Shown here: positions 10,512 to 21,171 of the stretch, in pieces
Layout: the number at the start of each line of letters is the position of its first letter
How positions within the stretch are numbered: position 1 is the first letter of the stretch
Source of the DNA: Bacteroidia bacterium
Lineage (GTDB): Bacteria > Bacteroidota > Bacteroidia > AKYH767-A > OLB10
Length of the DNA stretch: 64,000 bases
Assembly: GCA_038215705.1 (NCBI GenBank)
Contig: JBBQQQ010000001.1
Span: 98,630 to 162,629, forward strand
Direction of reading: 5' to 3'
Program-made: the position numbers and the translations under genes
The notes under the pieces: generated by a model
The model's input: only the letters and a program-made list of their open reading frames with translations
Databases searched by the model: none
What the model was told of the DNA's origin: nothing

Positions 10512-11288
10512 TTGCCTGTCATGTTTTTTTACCTCTCAAAAATTCTTCATTTCCTGATTGCGCCGTTGACCTGGTTCATGATGCTGGCCATTGTTGCACG
10601 ATTTGTAAAGCAACCCGAGCGAAAGCGAAGGTGGTGGGTGGCAGCATTTTTAGTACTCATAATTTTCTCAAATCCGTTTCTGGCTAATGAAGCCATGCAG
10701 TTATGGGAAATGGCTCCTGTTAATGTGAACTCCATACACGAACCCTATGACGTAGGAATACTTTTGGGAGGAAGTCTTCGTTCTTATGATCAGCAGATTG
10801 CACGGCCGGTGTATAGTCAGAGTGTCGATCGCCTTTTACAAACAATTGCCCTTTACAAAGGCGGAAAAATCAAAAAAATTTTACTCAGCGGGGGATCCGG
10901 CTCGGTTACCCGGCCTGATGAACGGGAATCGGAAATTATCCTGAAAGTATTGGAGCAGACTGGTATCCCGGCTTCAGATATTATTATTGAAAACGCTTCA
11001 AGAAATACTTTTGAAAATGCGGTTTATACTGCAGATATTCTTAAAAAAAACTATCCTTCCGGTAGGTTTCTATTAATTACTTCGTCATTTCACATGCGTC
11101 GCTCGCAGGCAAGTTTCATAAAAACCGGTTTAGAAATTACAATATTTCCTGTGGATCCTCGAGCACACAGCAATATTTATACACCCGAAAATGCCCTGTT
11201 TCCCCATGCAGGTGCGCTTCTGATATGGGATGCATTGATTCATGAGTGGATTGGAATTCTCACTTACAAGATCGCAGGTTATATATAA
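10512..11288 (+). CDS. YdcF/DUF218-family (ElyC/SanA-like) membrane-anchored protein
   Basis: 258 aa with N-terminal TM helices. The DUF218 core (GILLGGSL...LLSGGSGS...NTFENA) is recognisable. Confidence 0.65.
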   Translation: MPVMFFYLSKILHFLIAPLTWFMMLAIVARFVKQPERKRRWWVAAFLVLIIFSNPFLANEAMQLWEMAPVNVNSIHEPYDVGILLGGSLRSYDQQIARPVYSQSVDRLLQTIALYKGGKIKKILLSGGSGSVTRPDERESEIILKVLEQTGIPASDIIIENASRNTFENAVYTADILKKNYPSGRFLLITSSFHMRRSQASFIKTGLEITIFPVDPRAHSNIYTPENALFPHAGALLIWDALIHEWIGILTYKIAGYI

Positions 11289-11345
11289 TTTAATGTCCAT
11301 ATTCACCAACACTCCCTATCTTTGCGCTTCTAAAAAATAAAACTC

Positions 11346-11918
11346 TTGAAAAACCTATCCATTGCCCTTAATGTTATTCTGATATTAGCTGTAGCATTTT
11401 TGTATTACAAAGTTTACAATTCCGCACCGGTCATTTCTCCGGCGTCAAAAATATCAGGTGAAGGAATGCCTTCCAACGCAATTGTATTTATTAATTCCGA
11501 CACACTTCTTGCCGAATATAATTTTTTTAATGAACTTAAAGAAAACCTTGAAAAGAAACAGGACAGTATTGATACTTTTTTGAAAAATAAAGCGCAGTCA
11601 CTTGAGCAGGAGGTAATGAGTTACCAGGAACGCGGCGCGATGATGTCACCCGAACAACGTGCCAAAGAAGAGGAGCGGCTGATGGGAAAACAACAGAACC
11701 TGATGGATATGAAACAAACGCTTGTGGAAAATTTGCAGGCGGAAGAATCTGATATGAATGACTCCATTCACAATAATCTTTCACGGTATCTGAAGGATTA
11801 CAACAAAGACAAAAACTACCTCTATATTTTAGGCTATCAGCGTGGCAGTGGGATTTTACTTGCTAATGATTCGCTGGATATTACCAGGGAGATACTCGAA
11901 GGTCTTAACAAAAAATAA
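11346..11918 (+). CDS. OmpH/Skp-family periplasmic chaperone
   Basis: 190 aa with a signal/anchor. Charged coiled-coil-rich K/E/Q composition typical of OmpH (Skp). Confidence 0.6.
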   Translation: MKNLSIALNVILILAVAFLYYKVYNSAPVISPASKISGEGMPSNAIVFINSDTLLAEYNFFNELKENLEKKQDSIDTFLKNKAQSLEQEVMSYQERGAMMSPEQRAKEEERLMGKQQNLMDMKQTLVENLQAEESDMNDSIHNNLSRYLKDYNKDKNYLYILGYQRGSGILLANDSLDITREILEGLNKK

Positions 11919-11961
11919 TTTCGTGTAACCGTACCAGCATTCCGGGTAACCGGAAGGGTAG

Positions 11962-11999
11962 GGTAACCCCGTCGGGGTTACCTCACCCCGTCGGGGTTC
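11962..11999. repeat. Two tandem copies of the palindrome (A/C)ACCCCGTCGGGGTT straddling the valS stop codon; likely terminator hairpins
   Basis: ggtAACCCCGTCGGGGTTacctcACCCCGTCGGGGTTca. The second copy encodes the last residues (NPDGV) of ValS. The first lies just past the TAA stop, which is 'tta' on the + strand at 11978-11980. Confidence 0.4.
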
Positions 12000-14614
12000 A
12001 GTTTTCGCTCAAGCAATTCAATTTTCGCCTCTGCATCCGATTTCTTTTTTTGTTCAAGCGCAAGAATGTCGGGCTTTGCATTGGTAACAAACCGTTCATT
12101 ACCCAGTTTCTTCATCACGGATTCAAGAAAATTTTTTGTATAAATAAGTTCTTCATTTATTTTTTTACGCTCTTCTTCGTGATCTACAAACCCGGTAATG
12201 TTCATGAAGTACTCATGATTGCGGAGGAGTATCGAAAGTTGATCCGCAGGTTTTTCGGTTACACTTTCCAGTCCTGATAAGTTGCACAGTTTGGTAACAA
12301 CAAAATGAAATCCTTCATGACCTTTCTCGGGGCCACCCTTAAATGTAACATGCAGTGCCTCACGGTTAGGAATATTTTTTGATTTGCGAATGTTTCTGAT
12401 ACCAGAAACCAGTTGTATGGCAGCATCAAAATCAGCAAGCAGTGAAGAGTCATGTTTTCCCGCCTCAGGCCAAGTCGCTACAATTATGCAGTCACTTTCT
12501 TTTCGTTCAGCAATGTTGTGCCATAATTCTTCAGTGATAAAAGGCATGAACGGATGCAGCAGTTTCATAAGCGACTCAAAATATTGAATCGTTGCATGGT
12601 ACACTTCAGGCTGAATTGCCTGTCCCATACCCGGCTTTACAATTTCAAGATACCAGGAGCAAAAATCATCCCACACCAATTTGTAACTACTCATTAATGC
12701 TTCCGAAACACGGTATTTTGAAAACTGATCGTTAATAATTTCTGTCTCCGCAAGAAGCTTTTGCTCAAACCATTTCAACACCAGCGTATAGTCACGGTTA
12801 TCGGGTGCCGATTTTCCCTCTGTTTCCGACCAGCTTTGTATCAGTCGAAATGCATTCCAGATTTTATTGGCGAAGTTTCTTCCCTGCTCGCACAACGATT
12901 CATCAAAAGGAAGATCATTGCCGGCGGGTGAACTGAGTAACATACCAACACGAACCCCATCGGCACCGTATTTATTGATGAGTTCAAGTGGCTCAGGAGA
13001 ATTTCCAAGTGACTTCGACATTTTTCTGCCTTGTTTATCCCTTACGATTCCTGTGAGATAAACATTTGAAAAAGGTTTGTCACCGCGGTATTCATAACCC
13101 GCAATAATCATTCTTGCAACCCAGAAAAACAAAATCTCCGGAGCTGTTACCAGGTCGTTTGTTGGATAATAATATTTTATATCCGCATTATCGGGATCTT
13201 TAAATCCGTCGAAAACCGATATCGGCCACAGCCAGGAAGAAAACCAGGTGTCAAGGACATCTTCATCCTGTTTAATTTTTGCATCATCTGCGAAAGCATT
13301 ATTTTTTTGTTTAAATAAATTACGTGCTTCGGCTTCTGTTTTAGCAACTACAAAATCACCATGTTCATCATACCAGGCAGGAATACGTTGTCCCCACCAA
13401 AGCTGTCGTGATATGCACCAGTCGTGAACATTTTCCATCCAGTGACGGTAGGTGTTTTTAAATTTCTCAGGATAGAGCCGGATGTTGTCATTCATTACAT
13501 TTTCCAGTGCAGGTTTGGCAAGCTCATCCATTTTTAAAAACCATTGCATGGAAAGCTTTGGCTCAATAACGGCATTGGTACGCTCTGAAAAACCAATGTT
13601 GCTTTTATATGGTTCTGTTTTTACAAGATGGCCGGCGGCATCTAAATCTTTTGCAATTTTTTTTCGGACAACAAAACGATCTTCACCAATATAATATCCC
13701 GCAGCATCACTCATCTTTCCATCCGGCGAAAGCACATCAATTGTCTGTAACCTGTGTTTCTGACCCAGCATATAATCATTGATATCATGAGCCGGTGTTA
13801 CTTTCAAAGCACCGGTACCAAAATCCATGGTCACATATTCATCAGTTATTAATGGAACCACGCGGTTAACAATGGGAACAATTATATTTTTTCCATGTAA
13901 ATGAAAATAACGTTTATCCATAGGGTTAATGCACACTGCCGTATCTCCCAAAATAGTTTCAGGTCTTGTGGTTGCGATGGTAATAAACTCATCAGAGTTC
14001 TCAACTTTATAACGCACATGATACAGTGTTGAATCAACTTCTTTATGAATTACTTCTTCATCAGAGACAGCAGTGAGGCCAACCGGATCCCAATTGACCA
14101 TCCGGGTACCACGGTAAATGTGTCCCTTTTTGTGCAGATCAATAAAGACTTCAATAACGGCATCCGACAAATCATCCTCCATTGTAAAGCGTGTGCGTTC
14201 CCAGTCGCAGGATGCACCAAGTTTCTTCAGCTGATCAAGAATAATTCCCCCATATTTTTCTTTCCATTCCCATGCATATTTCAGAAATTCATCGCGGGTA
14301 AGATCACTCTTTTGAATACCTTTTTCTTTCAGCATAGCCACAACCTTGGCTTCTGTGGCAATTGAAGCATGGTCGGTTCCAGGTATCCAGCAAGCATTTT
14401 TACCTAGCATCCTTGCCCGGCGAATCAGTACATCCTGCAAAGTGTTATTCAGCATATGACCCATATGCAAAACACCCGTTACGTTTGGAGGGGGAATGAC
14501 GATTGTATAAGGTTCCCGCTCATCGGGAACGGAACGAAAAAATCCATTGTTCATCCAATAGGGATACCATTTATTTTCAGCGGTGGCAGGATCGTATGTT
14601 TTAGGAATTTCCAT
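11978..14614 (-). CDS. valS: Valine--tRNA ligase
   Basis: Class I aaRS motifs are present: HMGH ([16 protein letters not shown]) and KMSKS ([14 protein letters not shown]). A C-terminal coiled coil is present. Total length about 880 aa. The likely start is the second Met (MEIPKTYDP). Confidence 0.95.
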   Translation of the reverse strand: MEIPKTYDPATAENKWYPYWMNNGFFRSVPDEREPYTIVIPPPNVTGVLHMGHMLNNTLQDVLIRRARMLGKNACWIPGTDHASIATEAKVVAMLKEKGIQKSDLTRDEFLKYAWEWKEKYGGIILDQLKKLGASCDWERTRFTMEDDLSDAVIEVFIDLHKKGHIYRGTRMVNWDPVGLTAVSDEEVIHKEVDSTLYHVRYKVENSDEFITIATTRPETILGDTAVCINPMDKRYFHLHGKNIIVPIVNRVVPLITDEYVTMDFGTGALKVTPAHDINDYMLGQKHRLQTIDVLSPDGKMSDAAGYYIGEDRFVVRKKIAKDLDAAGHLVKTEPYKSNIGFSERTNAVIEPKLSMQWFLKMDELAKPALENVMNDNIRLYPEKFKNTYRHWMENVHDWCISRQLWWGQRIPAWYDEHGDFVVAKTEAEARNLFKQKNNAFADDAKIKQDEDVLDTWFSSWLWPISVFDGFKDPDNADIKYYYPTNDLVTAPEILFFWVARMIIAGYEYRGDKPFSNVYLTGIVRDKQGRKMSKSLGNSPEPLELINKYGADGVRVGMLLSSPAGNDLPFDESLCEQGRNFANKIWNAFRLIQSWSETEGKSAPDNRDYTLVLKWFEQKLLAETEIINDQFSKYRVSEALMSSYKLVWDDFCSWYLEIVKPGMGQAIQPEVYHATIQYFESLMKLLHPFMPFITEELWHNIAERKESDCIIVATWPEAGKHDSSLLADFDAAIQLVSGIRNIRKSKNIPNREALHVTFKGGPEKGHEGFHFVVTKLCNLSGLESVTEKPADQLSILLRNHEYFMNITGFVDHEEERKKINEELIYTKNFLESVMKKLGNERFVTNAKPDILALEQKKKSDAEAKIELLERKLNPDGVR

Positions 14615-14742
14615 AATCAAAATTGAAGTCTGCAAATATCTGAATTTATCGCGAAGGAACAGCGAAGCCCCTGAGTTGATAGATTGAAGCTCGCTGTGTT
14701 CCGTTGTGGTTCCTGCATCTTTTGAACTTATAAATGTTTCCT

Positions 14743-14750
14743 TACATTTG
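14743..14750 (+). promoter_or_regulatory. Candidate Bacteroidota sigma-A -7 element (TAnnTTTG) upstream of the symporter gene
   Basis: TACATTTG lies 20 nt upstream of the ATG at 14771. It matches the Bacteroidetes -7 consensus TAnnTTTG. I could not identify a -33 element. Confidence 0.3.
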
Positions 14751-14770
14751 TCGCCACCTTAAAAGAGCCT

Positions 14771-16153
14771 ATGAAAAACAAAGCAGGATTGTACACCCTC
14801 GTAACTATTGGAATAGCAGCCATTTTGACAGTGCTCAACCATTATGAGGTCATGAACATCGATTCCACGCTGCTTTTAATTACCCGGTGGATTGCCATTT
14901 CCGGACTGATATATTACGCTGTTCGAAAAAAATCTCTTACAACCTGGATCCTGGTAAGTATGGTGGTGGGAGCTTCAATAGGTCATGATGTGCCCGATGT
15001 GGCAGTGAATCTAAGAGTCCTCAGCCAGATTTTTCTAAAAATGATCAAGACGATAATTGCTCCACTTTTATTCGGAACACTGGTGGTAGGAATTGCAGGG
15101 CATTCACATATCCGCCAGGTCGGAAGAATGGGCTGGAAATCGCTGGTATATTTTGAAATCGTTACCACTATAGCTTTGTTCATCGGTCTTGCAGCAATTA
15201 ATATTTCAAAAGCCGGAGTCGGTATTGAAATGCCATCTGGAGGGGAACACGAAGATATACCCAAAGTTGCCCCGCAAAGTATTACTGATATTATCCTTCA
15301 TATTTTTCCTGAGAATATTGCAAAATCAGTTGTCGACGGGCAGGTATTACAGATTGTTGTATTCAGTATAATATTCGGAATTGCATTGGCAATGCTCAAT
15401 GAACGTCAGCGTAAACCTATGCTTTCGTTTGCTGAAGGTCTGTCTGATGTGATGTTTAAGTTTACCAATATCATTATGTATTTTGCTCCAATAGGAGTAG
15501 GTGCTGCTATTGCCTATACTGTTGGGCATATGGGATTGGGGATCCTTGTCAATCTGTTTCATCTTCTTGCCACATTGTATGTAGCTCTTTTCGTTTTTTT
15601 ATTAGGAGTGCTATTGCCCGTGGCCCTGCTTTTAAAAATCCCTGTGCGGAAATTTCTTAAAGCTATAGCCGAGCCGGTTTCCATAGCATTTGCCACCACC
15701 AGTTCTGAAGCGGCATTGCCAAGGGCTATGGAAGCAATGGAAAAGTTTGGTGTTCCGCGAAAAATTGTCGCTTTTGTTATGCCTACCGGGTATAGTTTTA
15801 ACCTGGATGGAACTACTTTGTATCTCTCTCTGGCATCTGTATTCGTGGCACAGGCAGCCGGCATCGATTTAACAATTGAACAACAATTGCTCATGGTTTT
15901 CACCCTTATGCTCACCAGTAAGGGGGTTGCGGGTGTTCCAAGGGCATCGCTGGTTATTTTGCTGGGTACCGCTTCCTCATTCGGGCTGCCGGTAGAGCCT
16001 ATATTTATTATTCTGGGTATTGATGAGCTAATGGATATGGCCCGCACATCGGTTAATGTAATTGGAAATTGCCTGGCTACAGTGGTAATAGCCAAGTGGG
16101 AAGGGGAATTTAATGAAAATCCTGAAATGATGGTTGAAACACTGGAATCCTGA
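14771..16153 (+). CDS. Dicarboxylate/amino acid:cation (Na+/H+) symporter, DAACS family (GltP-like)
   Basis: 460 aa, polytopic. Conserved DAACS segments are present (SSEAALP, reentrant-loop-like stretches). Hydrophobicity profile typical of the family. Confidence 0.85.
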   Translation: MKNKAGLYTLVTIGIAAILTVLNHYEVMNIDSTLLLITRWIAISGLIYYAVRKKSLTTWILVSMVVGASIGHDVPDVAVNLRVLSQIFLKMIKTIIAPLLFGTLVVGIAGHSHIRQVGRMGWKSLVYFEIVTTIALFIGLAAINISKAGVGIEMPSGGEHEDIPKVAPQSITDIILHIFPENIAKSVVDGQVLQIVVFSIIFGIALAMLNERQRKPMLSFAEGLSDVMFKFTNIIMYFAPIGVGAAIAYTVGHMGLGILVNLFHLLATLYVALFVFLLGVLLPVALLLKIPVRKFLKAIAEPVSIAFATTSSEAALPRAMEAMEKFGVPRKIVAFVMPTGYSFNLDGTTLYLSLASVFVAQAAGIDLTIEQQLLMVFTLMLTSKGVAGVPRASLVILLGTASSFGLPVEPIFIILGIDELMDMARTSVNVIGNCLATVVIAKWEGEFNENPEMMVETLES

Positions 16154-16291
16154 TAAAAATGCGCACTTTCATTTAAAATTCATATAAGACAATGTACTTT
16201 TGAACCATTAATAGCGGAAACTGTTACTTAATTAAGATTTCTGCTAACGGGACACGGATTAATTTTATGAACTAAAATAGCAATAAACCAA

Positions 16292-16768
16292 ATGAAAAAA
16301 AGTATTTATGCGATCGTAGTACTCTTTGCAATGAGTTTTACAGCCTTTGCACAGGACGAACAAAAAACAGAAGTTAACACGGACCCCAATGCTCCTGAAA
16401 TTGTATTTGAAAAAGAAGTACATGATTTCGGTACCATTGAATATGGTGGTAATGGATCTTATGATTTTAAATTCAGCAATACCGGCAAAAGTCCGCTGAT
16501 TATTTCCAATGCACGGGGTTCCTGCGGTTGCACTGTTCCAAAATGGCCAAAAGAACCGATCGGCAAAGGTCAATCCGGATCGATTAATGTTCAGTATGAT
16601 ACAAAACGTCCAGGTCCTTTTACCAAAACAGTAACCATCAATTCCAATGGAAAATCAGCTACCAAGGTAATTACTATCAAAGGTACTGTTACTGCGGCGG
16701 AAACCACTGAAGATCAGACACCTGTAAAAAAGGATATGAGTACAGCACCATTGGAGAAAACCAAATAA
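16292..16768 (+). CDS. DUF1573 domain lipoprotein (copy 1)
   Basis: 158 aa with a signal peptide. Conserved DUF1573 core ...FEKEVHDFGTI...NTGKSPLIISNARGSCGCTVPKWPKEPI. Confidence 0.65.
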   Translation: MKKSIYAIVVLFAMSFTAFAQDEQKTEVNTDPNAPEIVFEKEVHDFGTIEYGGNGSYDFKFSNTGKSPLIISNARGSCGCTVPKWPKEPIGKGQSGSINVQYDTKRPGPFTKTVTINSNGKSATKVITIKGTVTAAETTEDQTPVKKDMSTAPLEKTK

Positions 16769-16801
16769 TCACCCAATTAACAGTCCTAATCTAAATAATT
16801 T

Positions 16802-17284
16802 ATGAAAAAATTCCTTCTTTCTGCAGTTGTGCTGGTATCAGTTTCTGCAGTTTCTTTTGCCCAGCACCAGCATCCGCCTACCACTCCTGCAACTACGACC
16901 ACCACCACTACTACTGCTACTCCGGCACCAGCAAATCCCGATGGTCCTGTAATGAAGTTTGAAAAGGAAGAATTCAATTTCGGAAATATCAAGCAAGGAG
17001 ATAAGGTTCAGTATGAATTTGAATTTGTGAACGCAGGTAAAGAACCGCTGATAATTACTGAAGCACATGGTTCTTGTGGATGTACTGTTCCGGAATGGCC
17101 GAAACAACCTCTTAAAAAAGGTGAAAAAGGTGTAATCAAGATAACTTTTGATTCTACCGGAAAACAAGGAATGCAGGATAAAACGGTTACCATTACTTCC
17201 AATTCTACCGACAGTCCAAAAATTCTGCATGTAAAAGGAAATATTGAAGTTCCGGTTGTAAAGCCCGCGGCTCCACAGAACTAA
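16802..17284 (+). CDS. DUF1573 domain lipoprotein (copy 2) with a poly-Thr linker
   Basis: 160 aa with a signal peptide, then PPTTPATTTTTTTTATPAPANP, then the same DUF1573 core (FEKEEFNFGNI...NAGKEPLIITEAHGSCGCTVPEWPKQPL). Tandem paralogue of the upstream gene. Confidence 0.65.
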   Translation: MKKFLLSAVVLVSVSAVSFAQHQHPPTTPATTTTTTTTATPAPANPDGPVMKFEKEEFNFGNIKQGDKVQYEFEFVNAGKEPLIITEAHGSCGCTVPEWPKQPLKKGEKGVIKITFDSTGKQGMQDKTVTITSNSTDSPKILHVKGNIEVPVVKPAAPQN

Positions 17285-17325
17285 GTCTATACACTTATAA
17301 TAATTCTGATAAATTTTATAAGTTT

Positions 17326-17360
17326 GTACCCCTGGCCTAAGGCCGGGGGTACTTATTTTA
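17326..17360 (+). terminator. Rho-independent terminator after the DUF1573 pair
   Basis: GTACCCCTGGCCtaaGGCCGGGGGTAC followed by ttatttta. Stem of about 12 bp. Confidence 0.55.
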
Positions 17361-17406
17361 TTTACATCCGGTCCATTTTCATGATCGGTTCTCAATAGCA
17401 CAACCA

Positions 17407-18639
17407 ATGCCTTCAATCAGTCAGAAAGGGCTTCAAATGCCTGCTTCGCCCATCAGAAAACTTATTCCCTATGCTGAAAAAGCAAAAAAGGAAGGGAAAA
17501 CAATATACCACCTGAATATTGGTCAGCCGGATATAGAAACTCCGGAAGTAATGTTGGATGCGATTAAAAACAATACTTTAAAAGTTATTGAATACAGCCA
17601 CTCCGCCGGTATGGAGTCGTACCGGAAAAAACTGGTGGGTTATTACAGCAAATACGGCATCGATCTTTCTTACGGGGAAATTATGGTCACTACGGGTGGT
17701 TCCGAGGCCATAGAAATTGCAATGGTAACGTGTTTGAATGAGGGAGATGAAATAATTATACCCGAACCATTTTACGCAAATTATAACGGCTTCGGGATAC
17801 AGGCAGGAATAAAAATTAAACCCATCATCAGCAAAATTGAAGATGGATTTGCCTTGCCGCCGGTGTCTGAATTCGAAAAATTGATAACGCCCTCTACAAA
17901 GGCAATAATGATATGCAATCCAGGAAACCCTACGGGATACCTTTACACGAGAGCTGAATTGGAAGCATTACGCGATCTTGTGAAAAAATACGATCTGTTT
18001 CTCTTTGCGGATGAAGTTTACCGGGAGTTTTGCTACGATGGTAAAGAATATTTTTCAGTAATGAATCTCAAAGGCATTGAACAAAATGTTGTGCTGATGG
18101 ATTCTGTTTCGAAGCGGTATAGCGCATGTGGAGTACGGATCGGTGCATTGATATCACGGAATAAAGAAGTAATGGCTGCAGCATTAAAATTTGCACAGGC
18201 AAGACTCAGCCCTCCCACTTTCGGTCAAATTGCTGCGGAAGCTGCAATAGATACACCTGATAGCTATTTTGAAAAAGTAATCACTGAATATGTTTCCCGA
18301 CGGGATCTGATAGTTGAATCGCTCAATAAAATCCCTGGTGTTTTTTGTCCCAAGCCCAGTGGAGCGTTTTATGTTATTGCCAGTTTGCCAATTGATGATG
18401 CAGATACATTTTGTCAATGGTTGCTTGAATCATTCGATTACCAGAAACAAACCGTAATGCTTGCACCTGCAACGGGTTTTTATTCAACACCCGGAGCCGG
18501 ATTAAACCAGGTACGTTTAGCCTATGTGCTCAACCGGGAGTCACTGGCAAAAGCTGTTAAATGTCTTGAAGAAGCTTTGAAAGTTTATCCGGGAGCAACA
18601 CCGGAAGCAAAAGCCCTTCCTAAACATTCCGCTGTTTAA
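17407..18639 (+). CDS. Pyridoxal-phosphate-dependent aminotransferase, class I/II (aspartate/aromatic aminotransferase-like)
   Basis: 410 aa. Fold-type I hallmarks are present, including the SVSKRYSACGVRIG lysine region and the N-terminal GQPDIETP. Common Bacteroidota AAT-like enzyme. Confidence 0.8.
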   Translation: MPSISQKGLQMPASPIRKLIPYAEKAKKEGKTIYHLNIGQPDIETPEVMLDAIKNNTLKVIEYSHSAGMESYRKKLVGYYSKYGIDLSYGEIMVTTGGSEAIEIAMVTCLNEGDEIIIPEPFYANYNGFGIQAGIKIKPIISKIEDGFALPPVSEFEKLITPSTKAIMICNPGNPTGYLYTRAELEALRDLVKKYDLFLFADEVYREFCYDGKEYFSVMNLKGIEQNVVLMDSVSKRYSACGVRIGALISRNKEVMAAALKFAQARLSPPTFGQIAAEAAIDTPDSYFEKVITEYVSRRDLIVESLNKIPGVFCPKPSGAFYVIASLPIDDADTFCQWLLESFDYQKQTVMLAPATGFYSTPGAGLNQVRLAYVLNRESLAKAVKCLEEALKVYPGATPEAKALPKHSAV

Positions 18640-19246
18640 GCACATGTCTTGTCAACAAATCTGCAATGGAAGCATAAGCCGCTGGCAGGAAGAAGTAAAT
18701 GTCTTTTTCATGAATCCATTTAACCTCTGTAATTCCTTCCTCAAGCTGAGGCTGTAGCGCATCGTCATAACAGGAGGTCATAAGAAACCAGTTGGTAATT
18801 TTCATAACCATGACTCCCCTGAATTGATAAAGGTGATACGTGTCGGTGAGTTTTTTTATGATTTGCAACCCGGTAATTCCGCATTCCTCTTCAACCTCCC
18901 TGACAGCAGCTTCTTTTTCACTTTCACCAGGATCAATTTTTCCTTTCGGAAGATCCCATTTGCCCCCGCGATGAATCATTAATACCGGTCCGTCTGAATC
19001 TTTATAACGGACAACTCCACCGGCTGCCCGTATCAATGGGAAATAATATACAAATTTTTTGAATACGGATAGTGGATCGGCGGAGTAACTATAAAATATC
19101 CGATCAACATTATTCCCTGCTGTTTGAACATGCGTTACAATTTCAGGAGCTGAACGTTCAACATCTATACGAATACCTTCTCCGGGATCGTTATCGGAAT
19201 TATTAAGAAACCTAATCTCTTTGTCGTTAATAAAAACTTTGTACAT
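18620..19246 (-). CDS. NUDIX hydrolase
   Basis: 208 aa. Nudix box GKWDLPKGKIDPGESEKEAAVREVEEECG (Gx5Ex7REUxEExGU). Confidence 0.75.
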   Translation of the reverse strand: MYKVFINDKEIRFLNNSDNDPGEGIRIDVERSAPEIVTHVQTAGNNVDRIFYSYSADPLSVFKKFVYYFPLIRAAGGVVRYKDSDGPVLMIHRGGKWDLPKGKIDPGESEKEAAVREVEEECGITGLQIIKKLTDTYHLYQFRGVMVMKITNWFLMTSCYDDALQPQLEEGITEVKWIHEKDIYFFLPAAYASIADLLTRHVLKQRNV

Positions 19247-19254
19247 TTGTTTTC

Positions 19255-19893
19255 ATGGGGATGGGAACAACCGGTTCAAATATAGCCGATTTTTTACTAC
19301 AGATTCAGGCAGTGAAGTTACAACCAAAGCAACCATTTAAGTGGGCTTCAGGATGGAATTCGCCTATTTATTGTGATAATCGTGTTACGCTAAGTCATCC
19401 CCGGATCCGAACATACATCAGGCAGGAACTTGTAAAAGTTATTGATGAAAAATTCGGAACCCCTGATGTGATTGCAGGCGTTGCGACTGGTGCAATTGCT
19501 CATGGTGTTTTAGTTGCTGAAGCAATGGGTTTGCCTTTTGTTTATGTGCGCGCTGCTGCAAAAGATCACGGTCGTCAGAATTTAATTGAAGGTGAAATAG
19601 GTGCTAATCAAACGTGCGTAGTCATTGAAGATTTAATCTCAACCGGACAAAGTAGTCTGAAAGCGGTACAGGCTTTGCGCGAGAAGGGTGTACTCGTAAA
19701 AGGAATGATTTCAATTTTTAATTATGGTTTTGATGTGGCACAGGAAGCCTTCCGCCAGGCAAATTGTCCGCTGTATTCATTAAGTAATTATGATTTATTA
19801 ATTGATCAGGCATTGAAAAATGGATATGTGAAAACTGTAGATCTTGAAAGTTTACACAAGTGGCGGGAGAACCCATCGGGATGGAACATTTAA
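19255..19893 (+). CDS. pyrE: Orotate phosphoribosyltransferase
   Basis: 212 aa. The ...KWASGWNSPIYCDNR... stretch and the PRPP-binding loop VVIEDLISTGQS are typical PyrE motifs. Confidence 0.85.
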   Translation: MGMGTTGSNIADFLLQIQAVKLQPKQPFKWASGWNSPIYCDNRVTLSHPRIRTYIRQELVKVIDEKFGTPDVIAGVATGAIAHGVLVAEAMGLPFVYVRAAAKDHGRQNLIEGEIGANQTCVVIEDLISTGQSSLKAVQALREKGVLVKGMISIFNYGFDVAQEAFRQANCPLYSLSNYDLLIDQALKNGYVKTVDLESLHKWRENPSGWNI

Positions 19894-19923
19894 TTATTTT
19901 TTTACAGGTATAGTTTATCATGT

Positions 19924-20337
19924 ATGACACGAATTGAAAGTAACCAGGTAACAATTTCCCAATCTCCTGAAGAAGTATTTAATTTCCTCTCTGATTTTAA
20001 TAATTATCAACAGTTAATGCCAGAACAGGTTACTGACTGGGTGTCTGATACTGATACGTCTTCATTTAATATCAAAGGGATGGCTTCTCTTGGAATGGCT
20101 ATTGAATCACGAACACCGTTTTCACAAATTAAAATTCGTAAAAACGGCAAAGCACCGTTTGATTTTTTTCTTACTTGTGAAATTGGCAGTAGTGGAGATG
20201 GTGCAGCAACAACACTCAAACTTTATTTTGATGCCGATTTAAATCCGTTTCTCAAAATGATGGCGGAAAAACCATTGACAAATTTTCTGAACTTGTTAGT
20301 GAACCGTTACCGCGATATTACTTCTGGAACTGCGTAG
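19924..20337 (+). CDS. SRPBCC (START/Bet v1-like, polyketide-cyclase-type) small protein
   Basis: 137 aa with N-terminal ...PEEVFNFLSDFNNYQQLMP typical of the SRPBCC superfamily. Weak call. Confidence 0.5.
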   Translation: MTRIESNQVTISQSPEEVFNFLSDFNNYQQLMPEQVTDWVSDTDTSSFNIKGMASLGMAIESRTPFSQIKIRKNGKAPFDFFLTCEIGSSGDGAATTLKLYFDADLNPFLKMMAEKPLTNFLNLLVNRYRDITSGTA

Positions 20338-21090
20338 TTAAAAAAGAAATTTCACTTCTTTATAACTGAAAAGTACTTCCGTTTCATCCTCCTTCAATAC
20401 AGAAAGTCTGCCATCCGGATTCACACCTCTTATAGTTCCCTGAAACCGAATGCCATTGCTTTCAAACTTTGATAGCTTATTGTACAAAAACAGGTGATTT
20501 AAATACGTTTCCTTTATTGCCTGATGATTTCCTAATCGTAATTGTGTATACCATTTATCGGTTGTTGCATTCAGCTTTTTAAGAATATCACCGGGACTAA
20601 AAATTTTATTTTCAAGCAATGCCAGTGATGTAGCCGGTGGAATATAATTAAGAAATTGCGTTTGATTGATATTAATTCCGGCACCGGTAATAGAATGAAT
20701 TATCTTTCCATTCCGGATACTGTTTTCAATCAGAATTCCTGCGATTTTTCCGCTATTAACAATAAGATCATTCGGCCATTTAATGCTCACAGCAGCTGAA
20801 GTAAACTGCTGAAGCGTTTCCCGTAAGGCAACTGCAATTGCCTGGTTAAATACAAACTGATCGCCCACGGATAAAAAAGTGGGATAAAAAATATAACTGA
20901 GTAATAAATTTTTGCCATTTTCACTTTCCCAGGTTGTACCCCGCTGACCCCGCCCTGCCTTTTGATACCGGGTGTAAATCAATGTCCCTTCCTCCGGAAT
21001 CTCATCGTGTAGCAACCGGGCGGCATAACTATTGGTAGAATCAGTTTCAGCCAACTCTATGATCCTCTGGCCCGGTTTATTGCCAAACAT
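20338..21090 (-). CDS. birA: Biotin--[acetyl-CoA-carboxylase] ligase
   Basis: 250 aa. GRGQRGTTW biotin-binding motif (GRGRxGxxW) and the KWPNDL motif. No N-terminal wHTH domain, so this is a group I BirA. Confidence 0.8.
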   Translation of the reverse strand: MFGNKPGQRIIELAETDSTNSYAARLLHDEIPEEGTLIYTRYQKAGRGQRGTTWESENGKNLLLSYIFYPTFLSVGDQFVFNQAIAVALRETLQQFTSAAVSIKWPNDLIVNSGKIAGILIENSIRNGKIIHSITGAGININQTQFLNYIPPATSLALLENKIFSPGDILKKLNATTDKWYTQLRLGNHQAIKETYLNHLFLYNKLSKFESNGIRFQGTIRGVNPDGRLSVLKEDETEVLFSYKEVKFLF

Positions 21091-21139
21091 GTCAGGTTAT
21101 TGGGTTGAGAATGATTGCGGATGGCTCATAAAAAAACAT

Positions 21140-21147
21140 TATTTTTG
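21140..21147 (+). promoter_or_regulatory. Candidate -7 promoter element (TAnnTTTG) for the rsfS-ftsH operon
   Basis: TATTTTTG lies 25 nt upstream of the rsfS ATG. Confidence 0.3.
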
Positions 21148-21171
21148 TACAAACATAGGGAATTCGATTGA

